NCBI GenBank assembly: GCA_958403905.1
Contig: CATXZD010000011.1
Location: 21,181 to 85,180, forward strand
Source of the DNA: an uncultured Ruminococcus sp.
Lineage (GTDB): Bacteria; Bacillota; Clostridia; Oscillospirales; Acutalibacteraceae
Reading direction: 5' to 3'
Length of the DNA stretch: 64,000 nt
Under the pieces are notes generated by a model. The model was not told the origin of the DNA and did no database searches. It saw only the letters and a list, made by a program, of their open reading frames with translations. A program made the translations under genes and the position numbers. Shown piece after piece: positions 1 to 9,551 of the stretch (positions within the stretch are counted from its first letter, which is position 1; every line of letters begins with the position of its first letter).

Positions 1-1
1 T

Positions 2-925
2 ATTGCCGCTCAGTCAATCGGTGAGCCGGGTACACAGCTTACAATGAGAACGTTCCACACAGGCGGTGTAGCTTCTGCCGAAGATATCACACAGGGTCTT
101 CCGAGAGTTGAAGAGCTGTTTGAAGCTCGTAAGCCTAAGAGCCTTGCAATCATAAGTGAGATCGATGGTGAGGTTCGATTTGAAGAAATCAAGAACGCAC
201 GCCATGCAGTAATTTATAACAAGGAAACAAGCGAGGAAAGGGCATACCTTATTCCGTTTGGCTTCCGTGTAAAAGTGCAGGAAGGACAGCAGATTAAGAA
301 AGGTGACAAAATCACCGACGGTGCTGTTAATCCGCACGATATACTCGACATTCTCGGACCTGAGTCAGTAATGAACTACCTTATCAGCGAAGTGCAGAGC
401 ACATACCGCTTACAGGGTGTTGAAATCAACGATAAACATATCGAAGTTATCGTTCGTCAGATGATGCGTAAAGTAAGAGTTGACGATGCAGGTGATACCA
501 AGTTTATGTCAGGTCAGACCTATGACAAGAACGAGGTTCTTGCCGAAAACGAAGAAATCAAAAAGCGCATTGCCGCTGGCGAAGAGGGACTCAGAGAGGC
601 AACCTTTACTCAGCTTCTGTTAGGTATTACAAAGGCTGCGCTTGCAACCGACAGCTTCCTTTCTGCCGCATCGTTCCAGGAAACTACAAGAGTTCTTACT
701 GACGCCGCAATCAAGGGCAAGGTTGACCCGCTTGTTGGTCTTAAGGAGAACGTATGTATCGGTAAGCTTATTCCTGCCGGTACAGGTATGAGGAGATATG
801 CTAACGTTCAGCTTGAAAGCAACGCTCCTGTTGTTGCTCCGACTGAAAGTGAAGATGAACCTTCGACAGAGGAAATTGATAATTCTCCTGTTGATGAAGA
901 AGCTCCTGCTTTTGCAGAAGAATAA
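2..925 (+). CDS. rpoC: DNA-directed RNA polymerase subunit beta' (3' part, 5'-truncated by the window edge)
   Basis: Frame from nt 2 reads [61 protein letters not shown]. Confidence 0.99.
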   Translation: MAAQSIGEPGTQLTMRTFHTGGVASAEDITQGLPRVEELFEARKPKSLAIISEIDGEVRFEEIKNARHAVIYNKETSEERAYLIPFGFRVKVQEGQQIKKGDKITDGAVNPHDILDILGPESVMNYLISEVQSTYRLQGVEINDKHIEVIVRQMMRKVRVDDAGDTKFMSGQTYDKNEVLAENEEIKKRIAAGEEGLREATFTQLLLGITKAALATDSFLSAASFQETTRVLTDAAIKGKVDPLVGLKENVCIGKLIPAGTGMRRYANVQLESNAPVVAPTESEDEPSTEEIDNSPVDEEAPAFAEE

Positions 926-947
926 TTAAATTCAAAAGACATACCGA

Positions 948-978
948 AAGGGACACTTCGTATAATGAAGTGTCCCTT
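948..978 (+). terminator. Stem-loop after rpoC, probable intrinsic terminator
   Basis: aagggacacttc-N7-gaagtgtccctt. Confidence 0.7.
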
Positions 979-1055
979 ATGCGTTTTCGGAAAGTAATTA
1001 ATGATGTGAGAATTTTTACAGTTTTAAAGGTTTTTTGAACTTAAAATAAAACTTC

Positions 1056-1105
1056 TTGACAGATATATCAGTCTGATGTATGATAAATATATCAGACTGA
1101 TATAT
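1056..1105 (+). promoter_or_regulatory. Sigma-A promoter overlapped by two 19-bp palindromic operators
   Basis: TTGACA(1056)-N17-TATGAT(1079); atatatcagtctgatgtat (1063-1081) and atatatcagactgatatat (1087-1105). Confidence 0.8.
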
Positions 1106-1117
1106 TGGAGAAATTAT

Positions 1118-1445
1118 ATGAAGAGGCAGAGAATAAGAAAGCTGCTGCTAATAGATTCTTTCTCGTTACACTATACTATTTTAGCCCTGCTTTGATAATA
1201 AATGCCGGTCTAAGTGGAATAATTAAAGGGAGTTTTATAGTGTTTGCACTGATGTTTATTATGTCTATTCCATTTGGAAGATGCAACAAAACCTGTCCTA
1301 TGGGAATTGATGTTATGAATAAAATAAAGAACAATGTTATTAACAATTCGGAATGTATCCAATTCGGGCTTGCGTTGATAATTGTTCTAAAAACCTCCTG
1401 TCTTATGGATTGATTGAAAGAAAGGATAACAACAATGGCAAATGA
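1118..1445 (+). pseudogene. Decayed membrane-bound 4Fe-4S binding protein
   Basis: RBS + ATG MKRQRIRKLLLI, frameshift into FFLVTLYYFSP..., abrupt join to CNKTCP...ECIQ, second frameshift into CVDNCSK..LSYG ending at TGA 1443-1445. Confidence 0.7.
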
Positions 1446-1986
1446 GAAAAAGATTGATTGTGTAATTTTGGGTTTATTAAGTCACGAAGAACTGACGGGA
1501 TATGAAATAAAAAAAAGAATGGATACAACTTTAAAATATTTTTGGAGTGCAAGTTACGGCAGCATATACCCTGCATTGAGTGACCTGGTTAATAGAGGGT
1601 TGGCTACTAAAAGAGAAGATACAGAGAATAAAAGAAATAAGTTAATTTATACTATAACAGATGAAGGGCGCAGTTACCTTAAAAAATGGCTGAAATTGCC
1701 GGTTGAAAAAGATGAGCTTCGTTATGAAACCCTGCTTAAATTGTTTTTTGGAAACGAGCAAGGTGCAGAGCAAGCATTGTTACATATAAAAGCATTCGAA
1801 GAAAAAATAAAAAAAGAATTGCCAAGTCTTTTAGGCGCAGAACAAGTTTTAAAAAGCTGTCTGAATGATGATAGTACCCACAAATACTATTTGCTTACGG
1901 TGCAGTTTGGTATAAAAACCTATAGTGCCTATTTAGAGTGGTGTGAAGAAGCCAAAAAAATTTTGATAGAAACGGAGAATCAATAA
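1435..1986 (+). CDS. PadR family transcriptional regulator (long subfamily with C-terminal domain)
   Basis: ILGLL..LTGYEIKK..FWSASYGSIYPAL..YTITDEGR..LLKLFF; ATG 1435 after AAGGA. Confidence 0.92.
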   Translation: MANEKKIDCVILGLLSHEELTGYEIKKRMDTTLKYFWSASYGSIYPALSDLVNRGLATKREDTENKRNKLIYTITDEGRSYLKKWLKLPVEKDELRYETLLKLFFGNEQGAEQALLHIKAFEEKIKKELPSLLGAEQVLKSCLNDDSTHKYYLLTVQFGIKTYSAYLEWCEEAKKILIETENQ

Positions 1987-2466
1987 ATGACAGGACACTT
2001 TGGGTTTTCATATATAGGATTGATATTTTTACTGTTGTTATTTGTTCCTAATATTATTTGGACACGAAAAAAACCACAAGGATATGTTTCCGAAAATGAA
2101 AACAAAATACTGCTGATTTTTGAAAGGACAGGAGAATTTTTGACGACGATATGTGTTTTAATTTTTGATGATTTCAATTTGCACGGTTGGTCAAATTGGA
2201 CTTGGTGGATTATTGCTGCATTTATATTAATGATAATGTATGAAATATGGTGGATACGTTATTTCCGCAGTGAACGAAAACTATCAGACTTTTATGGCAG
2301 TTTTTGTGGTGTTCCGCTTCCAGGTGCAACATTGCCTGTAATTTCCTTTTTATTGCTTGGTATATACGGGAAAAACGTATGGCTTTTAGGTGCTACAATA
2401 ATTTTAGGCATTGGACATATAGGAATACATATGCAACATAGTAAAGCACTTAAAAGTGCAATATGA
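1987..2466 (+). CDS. Hypothetical integral membrane protein
   Basis: 159 aa, several hydrophobic segments, starts immediately after the padR stop. Confidence 0.75.
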   Translation: MTGHFGFSYIGLIFLLLLFVPNIIWTRKKPQGYVSENENKILLIFERTGEFLTTICVLIFDDFNLHGWSNWTWWIIAAFILMIMYEIWWIRYFRSERKLSDFYGSFCGVPLPGATLPVISFLLLGIYGKNVWLLGATIILGIGHIGIHMQHSKALKSAI

Positions 2467-2558
2467 AAAATATTAAAGAACAGTATAATGGAAATGTATA
2501 AATCATTACAGCTATTTATTGACTCTAAATTCCAATTTGTATTAAGGAGTTACTATAG

Positions 2559-2589
2559 AATTAAGGGACTGCAATGCAGTCCCTTAATT
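2559..2589. terminator. Hairpin between convergent genes, probably a bidirectional terminator
   Basis: aattaagggactgca-a-tgcagtcccttaatt. Confidence 0.75.
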
Positions 2590-2627
2590 GTTATAAAATT
2601 CAATTACCATTGATTTGATTGCTTACA

Positions 2628-3809
2628 CTAAGCAAACATACTCATCAGTTGTGCAACTAAAAGACCGCCGCCTGTGCCGACTACATAACCGAGAAGTGCC
2701 ATAATAATACCAACTGGCACTAATGCACTGCTGTATGTACCTGCAAGAACAGGGGCTGTAGCCGTGCCGCCGATGTTTGCTAAGGATGCAACTGCACAAG
2801 TGAATATATCTAAATGAAGAAGCTTAGCAAGAATAAGCATAATAACAATGTGAATAACAAGAATGATAAGACCTGTCAACAGCCACATCGGAGCGTTGCC
2901 CATTGCGCTTAAGTCTGCACGAGAAGCAATAAGAGCAATTACAATGTAAAGCATTGTATTTGAAAGTTCTTCTGTGCCGGAAATGTTTCCGAAGGGTGTA
3001 AGAGCAAGAAGAATGCCTGCAAAGGTAACTATCAAAACTGTCCAGGTTGCTTTATCAAAAATAGCTAATTGAGGTATGCTTGCCAGCAAATCTCCAAGTA
3101 ATGAAGAGCAGGCAGAAACCATTAACGCAGAGCCTATAAGGATAGAAATATTCTGGAATGTAATAGGCTTGTTGTTTTTGGCTGCCTCTGCTGCAAGAGA
3201 TTCGCCAACGCTGTCAATATTTTTTGTATTAGCTTTTGTCCATTTGTTAAACTTCTTTGAAAAGCCGATTGCCCACAATAAGAACATTACATAAAGTGTA
3301 GCACAGATTGAGTCCATAACAAGAGCATAGCCCATTGCGTTTTCACTTACGTTAAGTGCACTTTGGATAGCAAGCATATTTCCGCCGCCTCCCATCCAGC
3401 TTCCGCATAAAGCACCCAGCGACTGCCATGCGTCAGCACCGATAGCACCTTTCATAATAACGAAAGCCACTACAAAGCCTAAGCCTATTGAAATGGTTGC
3501 AGAGAAAAATCCGATTAACATTTTGGGACCAAGCTTTATGATTTTTCTAAGGTCACATCTTAGAAGCATCAAAAAGAGCATAGCATATAGTATTGGGTTT
3601 TTCATAGCAGAATATGTTTCTGCTGTAGCTTCAAGGTCCCATAATTTTACTGTGCAAAGAACCATAAGTCCTAAGTAGATTAGTACAATAGGCGGTGCAA
3701 ACTGAAAAATCTTTTGTGCTGCCTTGCCTTTGAATATTTTAGGCAGACAGATTAAGAGGGCAGCAATAAAAATGATAGTTGCTAAGTATAAAAATCCATT
3801 AGTAATCAT
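2628..3809 (-). CDS. DUF819 family membrane protein (putative transporter)
   Basis: GSWMGGGGNMLA and ASLANIGGTATAPVLA motifs; many TM segments. Confidence 0.85.
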   Translation of the reverse strand: MITNGFLYLATIIFIAALLICLPKIFKGKAAQKIFQFAPPIVLIYLGLMVLCTVKLWDLEATAETYSAMKNPILYAMLFLMLLRCDLRKIIKLGPKMLIGFFSATISIGLGFVVAFVIMKGAIGADAWQSLGALCGSWMGGGGNMLAIQSALNVSENAMGYALVMDSICATLYVMFLLWAIGFSKKFNKWTKANTKNIDSVGESLAAEAAKNNKPITFQNISILIGSALMVSACSSLLGDLLASIPQLAIFDKATWTVLIVTFAGILLALTPFGNISGTEELSNTMLYIVIALIASRADLSAMGNAPMWLLTGLIILVIHIVIMLILAKLLHLDIFTCAVASLANIGGTATAPVLAGTYSSALVPVGIIMALLGYVVGTGGGLLVAQLMSMFA

Positions 3810-3840
3810 ATAAACTCCTCTTTTGTATTATGTTTATTTA

Positions 3841-5289
3841 TTATTCCTTAAGTTTTTTAAGAACAGCCTTAAGATATTCCCAGCATCTTTCAACAGATGC
3901 TATTTCCATTTTCTCCTCAGGTGTGTGTGCGTGGTAAATATTCGGACCAAAGGAAACGGCGTCCATATTAGTAATCTTACCGGCTAAAATTCCACACTCA
4001 AGTCCCGCATGGATTGCAGTAACAACAGGTTTTTCACCATATAATTCAGAATAAACCTTAACCATAATATCTCTAAGCTTTGAGTCTGCACGATATTCCC
4101 AAGCAGGGTAGTCGGACATAAACTCAATATTACCGTTAAGATATTCGATAAATGATTTAAGCTTCTGAATAATAGCCTGCTTGCCGGCAGCGGCATTGCT
4201 TCTGAGAAGAAAAGACATTGCAATATGGTCAGCTTTTGTTTCAATAATACCCATATTAAGGGAAGTCTGTACCATATTAGTAATATCAGGACTCATTGTT
4301 TGTACGCCGTCAGGAATTTGCAGTAATGTAAAAAGTACCGTCTGTGTAGAGTGATGATCCATACATTTTTCAGAAAGCTTGCAAGGCGCTACAGTAATGT
4401 GTAAATCAGGCTCATTAACGATTTTTTCGTTTTTTATCATTGTGATAAATTTTTTTGCAGCAGCAATAAATTTATCTTGATTGCTGCTTTCAACACATAC
4501 TGTTGCAACAGCCTCTTTAGGAATAGCGTTGTATTTTTTACCGCCGCTGATACTGCAAATTTTAAACTCTGTTTCCTGATATATATAATTAAGCATTCTG
4601 CCTGTAAGCTTGTTAGCGTTTACTCTGCCTTTGTTGATTTCCGTGCCGGAGTGACCGCCTTTAAGTCCTGCAATTGTAAAAGCAAAGGCTGTGCCTGTTG
4701 CCTTTTCCGTGGTAAAAGGAACGCTGCAAACAGCTCTTACACCACCTGCACAGCTTACCGTAAGGATGCCTTCTACTTCAGAATCAATATTGATAAGCCT
4801 GTTTGTGTGCAAATTTTTAACATCAATGGCTCTTGCTCCAATCATACCTATTTCCTCATCAGCAGTAAAAATCAGCTCAAGGGGAGGGTGGGGATTTGTT
4901 TTGTCTTCCATTAGCGTAAGCATATATGCTATGGCTACACCATCGTCACCGCCTAAGGTTGTATTGTTTGCAAAAATATATTCCTCATCACAAAGCAGTT
5001 GAAGCGAATCATTCTGCATATCTAAAATACAGCCATCTGTTTTGTCACAAACCATATCAAGATGTCCCTGCAAGGCTACAGGCGCAGCGTTTTCATATCC
5101 CTGAGTTCCGTCAACATAAATAATTACGTTGTCAGCACGGTCCTGAACGTATTTGTAATTGAGCTTTTTTGCCTGTTCAACACAGTAGTCGCTGATTTTC
5201 TTTGTGTTTCCCGAACCGTGAGGGATTGAAGAAAGAATTTTGAAATTTTTGAAAACTTCATATGGTTTTAATTCTGATATATCTCTCAT
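3841..5289 (-). CDS. pepD: Aminoacyl-histidine dipeptidase (M20C)
   Basis: QGHLDMVC, TLGGDDG, DEEIGM, GGHSG, HAGLECG, HTPEE; ATG 5289 after GGAGG. Confidence 0.92.
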   Translation of the reverse strand: MRDISELKPYEVFKNFKILSSIPHGSGNTKKISDYCVEQAKKLNYKYVQDRADNVIIYVDGTQGYENAAPVALQGHLDMVCDKTDGCILDMQNDSLQLLCDEEYIFANNTTLGGDDGVAIAYMLTLMEDKTNPHPPLELIFTADEEIGMIGARAIDVKNLHTNRLINIDSEVEGILTVSCAGGVRAVCSVPFTTEKATGTAFAFTIAGLKGGHSGTEINKGRVNANKLTGRMLNYIYQETEFKICSISGGKKYNAIPKEAVATVCVESSNQDKFIAAAKKFITMIKNEKIVNEPDLHITVAPCKLSEKCMDHHSTQTVLFTLLQIPDGVQTMSPDITNMVQTSLNMGIIETKADHIAMSFLLRSNAAAGKQAIIQKLKSFIEYLNGNIEFMSDYPAWEYRADSKLRDIMVKVYSELYGEKPVVTAIHAGLECGILAGKITNMDAVSFGPNIYHAHTPEEKMEIASVERCWEYLKAVLKKLKE

Positions 5290-5713
5290 TCTAAGCCTCC
5301 TTTCTTTATTCGGTTTTATACATTTTACCACACTTTTTGTGCAAATACAATAAAATTTATTATAAAATATTTGACATATAATATATTTTCCACTTATTGC
5401 CAAAAAATATTGAAGTTTATTTCTGATATTATGTGTTTACTTAAAAAGCTAAGAAACTGCGAAGAATGAAGTCCGAAAACTTCATTCTTTTTACTGTCTC
5501 TTTTTGTAACTCTACGCTCGAACTTTTATAATTAAATTAATTTATAAATCGGACTATTGTAGTTGATAAACTAAAATTATAGGTATGTTAAGAGATAATC
5601 GGATTATTTTATAAATACTATAGCCAAAATCATATTTTTGTGGTATAATTTTCTATTATAAAATACTGCACAGTGATTTTTAAAATATTGCTGTTTACAA
5701 ACGAGGAGCAATT

Positions 5714-6433
5714 ATGCCAATTTATAATATTGCAGACCTTAATATTTTAATAAATCCTCGAAGCGATGAAGTAAAAAAGCGGCTTTTGCCGTATATTGCC
5801 GATTGCGATTTATTTGATTTTGAGGTGAAGGTATCACAAAGCGAGATTGAAGAATATATTTCTGCATCAAAAGAGAGTTGCAGTAATTTTTCGGTTGAAG
5901 GTACTTTGATTCTCACGCAAATTTGCAATACTATTCTTCAAAAGTACGACGGCTTTTTCTTTCATTCTTCCAGTCTTATGCTTGACGGCGAAGGGTATGT
6001 GTTTACCGCTGCAAGCGGTACTGGCAAGTCAACTCATGCGGCATTGTGGAGAAAGCTTTTTAAAGACAGAGTTGTGATGGTTAACGACGATAAGCCGATT
6101 ATCCGAAAAAAAGACGGTGTTTTCTATGTTTACGGTATGCCGTGGATGGGCAAAAGCAACATTGGAAATAATATAAAGGCTCCCGTTAAGGCAGTTTACA
6201 TTTTACAAAGAGGAGAAAAAAACAGCGCTGTAAGGGTGAAACCCGGCGAGGTTTTTAAAAATCTTCTTGAAGCCACCGTTGTCCCTGCTGACAGAAAAAA
6301 TATGGAGAAGCTGTTAAAGCTCTTTGACGAATTTTTCAGCTCAGTTTCACTTTTTCTCCTTACCTGCAATACGGATATTGAGGCGGCTCAGGTTGCATAC
6401 AGTGCCTCAAAAAAAATATTGCCACATTCGTAA
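5714..6433 (+). CDS. HPr kinase-like / ScmC-like P-loop protein
   Basis: FFHSS, Walker A ASGTGKST, VNDDKP, YGMPWMGK. Confidence 0.7.
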   Translation: MPIYNIADLNILINPRSDEVKKRLLPYIADCDLFDFEVKVSQSEIEEYISASKESCSNFSVEGTLILTQICNTILQKYDGFFFHSSSLMLDGEGYVFTAASGTGKSTHAALWRKLFKDRVVMVNDDKPIIRKKDGVFYVYGMPWMGKSNIGNNIKAPVKAVYILQRGEKNSAVRVKPGEVFKNLLEATVVPADRKNMEKLLKLFDEFFSSVSLFLLTCNTDIEAAQVAYSASKKILPHS

Positions 6434-6447
6434 AGGAAGTAATAACA

Positions 6448-7305
6448 ATGGATTTATTACAGGTAGTATCTGTTGAAAATATGCGCAAAAGCGATGCGCA
6501 TACAATTGAACATCACACAAGCTCGGCGGAGCTTATGTACAGAGCGGCACAGGGGATATATGACGCTGTGCAGTTTGTCGGAAATGTTGCCATAGTTTGC
6601 GGCAAAGGCAACAACGCAGGCGATGGATATGCTTTGGCGTGTATTCTTTGCAAAAACGGAGTTATTCCTACAATTTTTCGAGCGTCAGACGGTTTTTCAA
6701 AGGACGGTCTTTATTACTATAAAACTGCGCTTTCACTGGGGGCGCATGAAGAGATCATTGAACTTGCAAACGGTTTTACAGGCTATGATATTGTGGTTGA
6801 CTGCTTGCTCGGAACAGGTTTTTCGGGTGAACTCAAGGGACAAATCAGATACGCCGTTGAGCAGATAAACTCATCTAACGCATATGTTGTAAGCGCAGAC
6901 ATCAACAGCGGACTTAACGGTGACACAGGCGTTGCCGATATTGCCGTAAATTCCGACTTAACGGTATCAATCGGAGCGTACAAAACGGGACTTTTTCTCA
7001 ATGACGCACCGTACTACATTGACAAGCTTGTAAATGCTGATATAGGAATACATATGCTTAAAGAGGAATATAAGCTTATTGATTACTCGCTTTTGCATAT
7101 GTTTGAGGGATATAATTCCGAAGTTATGAATATTGAGGAACTGTTTGAAAAATACGGCTATGAGCCTGAAAGCTGCAATGTCGCCGAGTGTCTTGCTCAA
7201 ATCAGCAGTGAAAAGCGAAAGACTATTGTAGTTAAAACAGAACATTCGGCAGTTATTGCCGATTTAAAATACATTTATTTTTGCGCAGATTATGTAAGAG
7301 TATAG
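6448..7305 (+). CDS. nnrE: NAD(P)H-hydrate epimerase (YjeF-N) with short C-terminal extension
   Basis: CGKGNNAGDG, VDCLLGTG, DINSGL, DLTVSIG..KTGL. Confidence 0.88.
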   Translation: MDLLQVVSVENMRKSDAHTIEHHTSSAELMYRAAQGIYDAVQFVGNVAIVCGKGNNAGDGYALACILCKNGVIPTIFRASDGFSKDGLYYYKTALSLGAHEEIIELANGFTGYDIVVDCLLGTGFSGELKGQIRYAVEQINSSNAYVVSADINSGLNGDTGVADIAVNSDLTVSIGAYKTGLFLNDAPYYIDKLVNADIGIHMLKEEYKLIDYSLLHMFEGYNSEVMNIEELFEKYGYEPESCNVAECLAQISSEKRKTIVVKTEHSAVIADLKYIYFCADYVRV

Positions 7306-7347
7306 GATTAAATGAAAACGACATGGTTTTGCGAGGTGGGTTATGGT

Positions 7348-8178
7348 ATGAATTACAAGAGATTTTTGGTTGTTCCCAGCCCGAATTATGCGGCAAGAAT
7401 TTTCAGATACCCTGAAGAGATTGATAATTTTAACTTTCCCCTGCATTGGCACAGAGATTACGAATTTATCTATGTGCAAAAAGGTCCTTTAAAGGTGCAA
7501 AAAAACGATTGTCAGATTATTATAAACGACGGAGAGGTTTATTTTTTGAACAGTGAGGAAATTCATTCCTACATTGATTTGACAGATGAACTGCAGTTTG
7601 TTGTTGTTAATATCTCTCCTAAAATTTTAAGACCATATTTTGAAAACCCGGAGGACATCCCCACCTTTGAAATTGTAAAGGGAGAAGCTTGCGATAATAT
7701 TGCAGGCGCTATGAGGATTTTGTATGAATGTGAAAACCAAAACGACAGACTTGAAATTTTGAGAATTAAAGCAATCCTTAACTATATCTCATATAATCTT
7801 ATGAAATATTTCAATAATCCGAATATTAGTTTTGTAAAGGGTTCGGATTCCGACGATTTTGACTGCGCTAAAAGTGCGCTAAAATATATGGAGGAAAATT
7901 ATGCCAGGAACATTTCACTGACCGACATTGCAAGCTATGTAGGTATGACGCCGGCACATTTTTCGAAGTATTTTAAAGACAAGAATGATATGACGTTTTC
8001 TAAATATCTGCGCAGAATCCGACTTGATCACGCAATCAAGGATTTGCGTGACAGCGAAATGTCTGTTAAGACAGCGGCGCTTAAAAACGGATTTCCGAAT
8101 GTAAATTCGCTCATTCTTATCTGCAAGGAAACTTACGGAAGAACTCCGCTTGAGATGAAGCAATTTGTCAGAACCTGA
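7348..8178 (+). CDS. AraC family transcriptional regulator with cupin domain
   Basis: PLHWH..EFIYV cupin plus C-terminal double HTH; alternative start 7312. Confidence 0.9.
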   Translation: MNYKRFLVVPSPNYAARIFRYPEEIDNFNFPLHWHRDYEFIYVQKGPLKVQKNDCQIIINDGEVYFLNSEEIHSYIDLTDELQFVVVNISPKILRPYFENPEDIPTFEIVKGEACDNIAGAMRILYECENQNDRLEILRIKAILNYISYNLMKYFNNPNISFVKGSDSDDFDCAKSALKYMEENYARNISLTDIASYVGMTPAHFSKYFKDKNDMTFSKYLRRIRLDHAIKDLRDSEMSVKTAALKNGFPNVNSLILICKETYGRTPLEMKQFVRT

Positions 8179-8280
8179 TTTTGTTTTAAATCTTTTCTGC
8201 GCTCAACAGACAAATGCGACAAATTGCGTATTGAACAAATTAAGCGAAAGTGATAAAATGTGTTTGAAAGGATGACTTTT

Positions 8281-8697
8281 ATGCGCGGACTTATGCAGAA
8301 AATTGCAGTTTTTATGCAGGGAAGATACGGCAACGACAGATTCAACAATTTTTTGTACATTGTTTTCTTTGCCCTTTGGGTTGTTAATATTTTTGTGTGG
8401 AACAGAACGGCAAGTCTTGTAATAGATTTACTGATGCTCACCGTACTTGTGTATACGTTGTTTCGTACCCTGTCACGCAATATTAACAAGAGAAGTATTG
8501 AAAACAGAACTTTTATGCAAATTTTTGACAGCGTTAAAAACTGGTTTACGCTTACGCAGAAAAAGTTTCGCGACCGCAAAGATTTCAGATATATCAAATG
8601 CCCCGTTTGCAAGGCTCAGCTTCGTGTAAAAAACAAAAAAGGTAATCACGTTGTAAGGTGTCCCCGCTGCGGAAGCGAGTTTGACAAGAAAATTTAG
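8281..8697 (+). CDS. Membrane protein with C-terminal zinc ribbon
   Basis: FMQGRYGND, two TM helices, CPVC...CPRC; start could be 8272. Confidence 0.8.
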   Translation: MRGLMQKIAVFMQGRYGNDRFNNFLYIVFFALWVVNIFVWNRTASLVIDLLMLTVLVYTLFRTLSRNINKRSIENRTFMQIFDSVKNWFTLTQKKFRDRKDFRYIKCPVCKAQLRVKNKKGNHVVRCPRCGSEFDKKI

Positions 8698-8766
8698 TTA
8701 TTAAGAAAAACACGGACAGACGTTTTATCGCCTGCCCGTGTTTTGATTTTATTTGTTCCGACTTGT

Positions 8767-8844
8767 TATACTGATATCCGATTAAAAGCAGACAACCTTA
8801 GTCTACTTTTAATCAAATACCGGTATTAATCGGATACCGGTATA
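8767..8844. repeat. 78-bp miniature inverted-repeat element overlapping the HAD gene stop
   Basis: tatactgatatccgattaa / ttaatcggataccggtata (17/19 complementary) around an internal hairpin. Confidence 0.55.
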
Positions 8845-9551
8845 AAAAGCTGTTGCAGAAATTTATAAAATTCCTCAAAACTGCCGTTTTTGTATTTTGA
8901 ATAATCCTTGTTATCACGGTTCACAATTGTGTCGGTGATAAGGTATGTGTCAAAGCCGAGTTTTTCGGCGCACATATCTTCATCAACGTCGTTGCCAATC
9001 ATAATGCTTTCTTCGGGCAAAATTCCGCATTTTTCGCAGATTAACTCAAAATATTTCAGGTTCGGCTTGCAACAGCCTGAATTTTCGTAGAATGTTACAA
9101 ATTCAAAGTCATCGGCAGAAACGCCTGCCCATTCAAGACGGCGGCGAGTTGCAACCTCGGGAAAAATCGGGTTAGTTGCCGCAATCAGCCTGCCTCCGTT
9201 TTGCTTGATAAGGTCAATGCTTTTTTTGGCAAAGGGCGTTGTTTTTGTAGCCTCTTTTGCCGCAATAAATTCCTTTGTGTAGTAGTCGTCAAACTGCTTA
9301 ATATACGGCGTTAAGTCCACATTGCATTCAGACGAAGCGGTTTCCCAGAAAACGTCCTTGTTTATGCGCGAGTTATCGTTTTTTGCCATAGCGCTTGTGC
9401 CTTTCCAGATCGCTTTTACAAGTGTGTCGCCGTCTATGTTCAATACAGGCACAAATCTTTTGCATAGCGAAGAAAAGTAAAGCTTTGTAAAATACTCCAT
9501 ATCCATCGGAAGCAGAGTTCCGTCTAAATCAAAAAGATAATTTTTATACAT
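8826..9551 (-). CDS. HAD family hydrolase
   Basis: FDLDGTL, ATNP, CKP, MIGNDVDED. Confidence 0.9.
   Translation of the reverse strand: MYKNYLFDLDGTLLPMDMEYFTKLYFSSLCKRFVPVLNIDGDTLVKAIWKGTSAMAKNDNSRINKDVFWETASSECNVDLTPYIKQFDDYYTKEFIAAKEATKTTPFAKKSIDLIKQNGGRLIAATNPIFPEVATRRRLEWAGVSADDFEFVTFYENSGCCKPNLKYFELICEKCGILPEESIMIGNDVDEDMCAEKLGFDTYLITDTIVNRDNKDYSKYKNGSFEEFYKFLQQLFIPVSD

Noticed and set aside
1105..1413. 102-aa ORF as an intact gene
   Set aside because: It is the middle frame of a frameshifted pseudogene, and its TTG start overlaps the operator.
5545..5562. taaatcggactattgtag as a left cassette motif
   Set aside because: The GGAATTT core is broken and no RBS/ORF follows directly; may be chance in AT-rich DNA.
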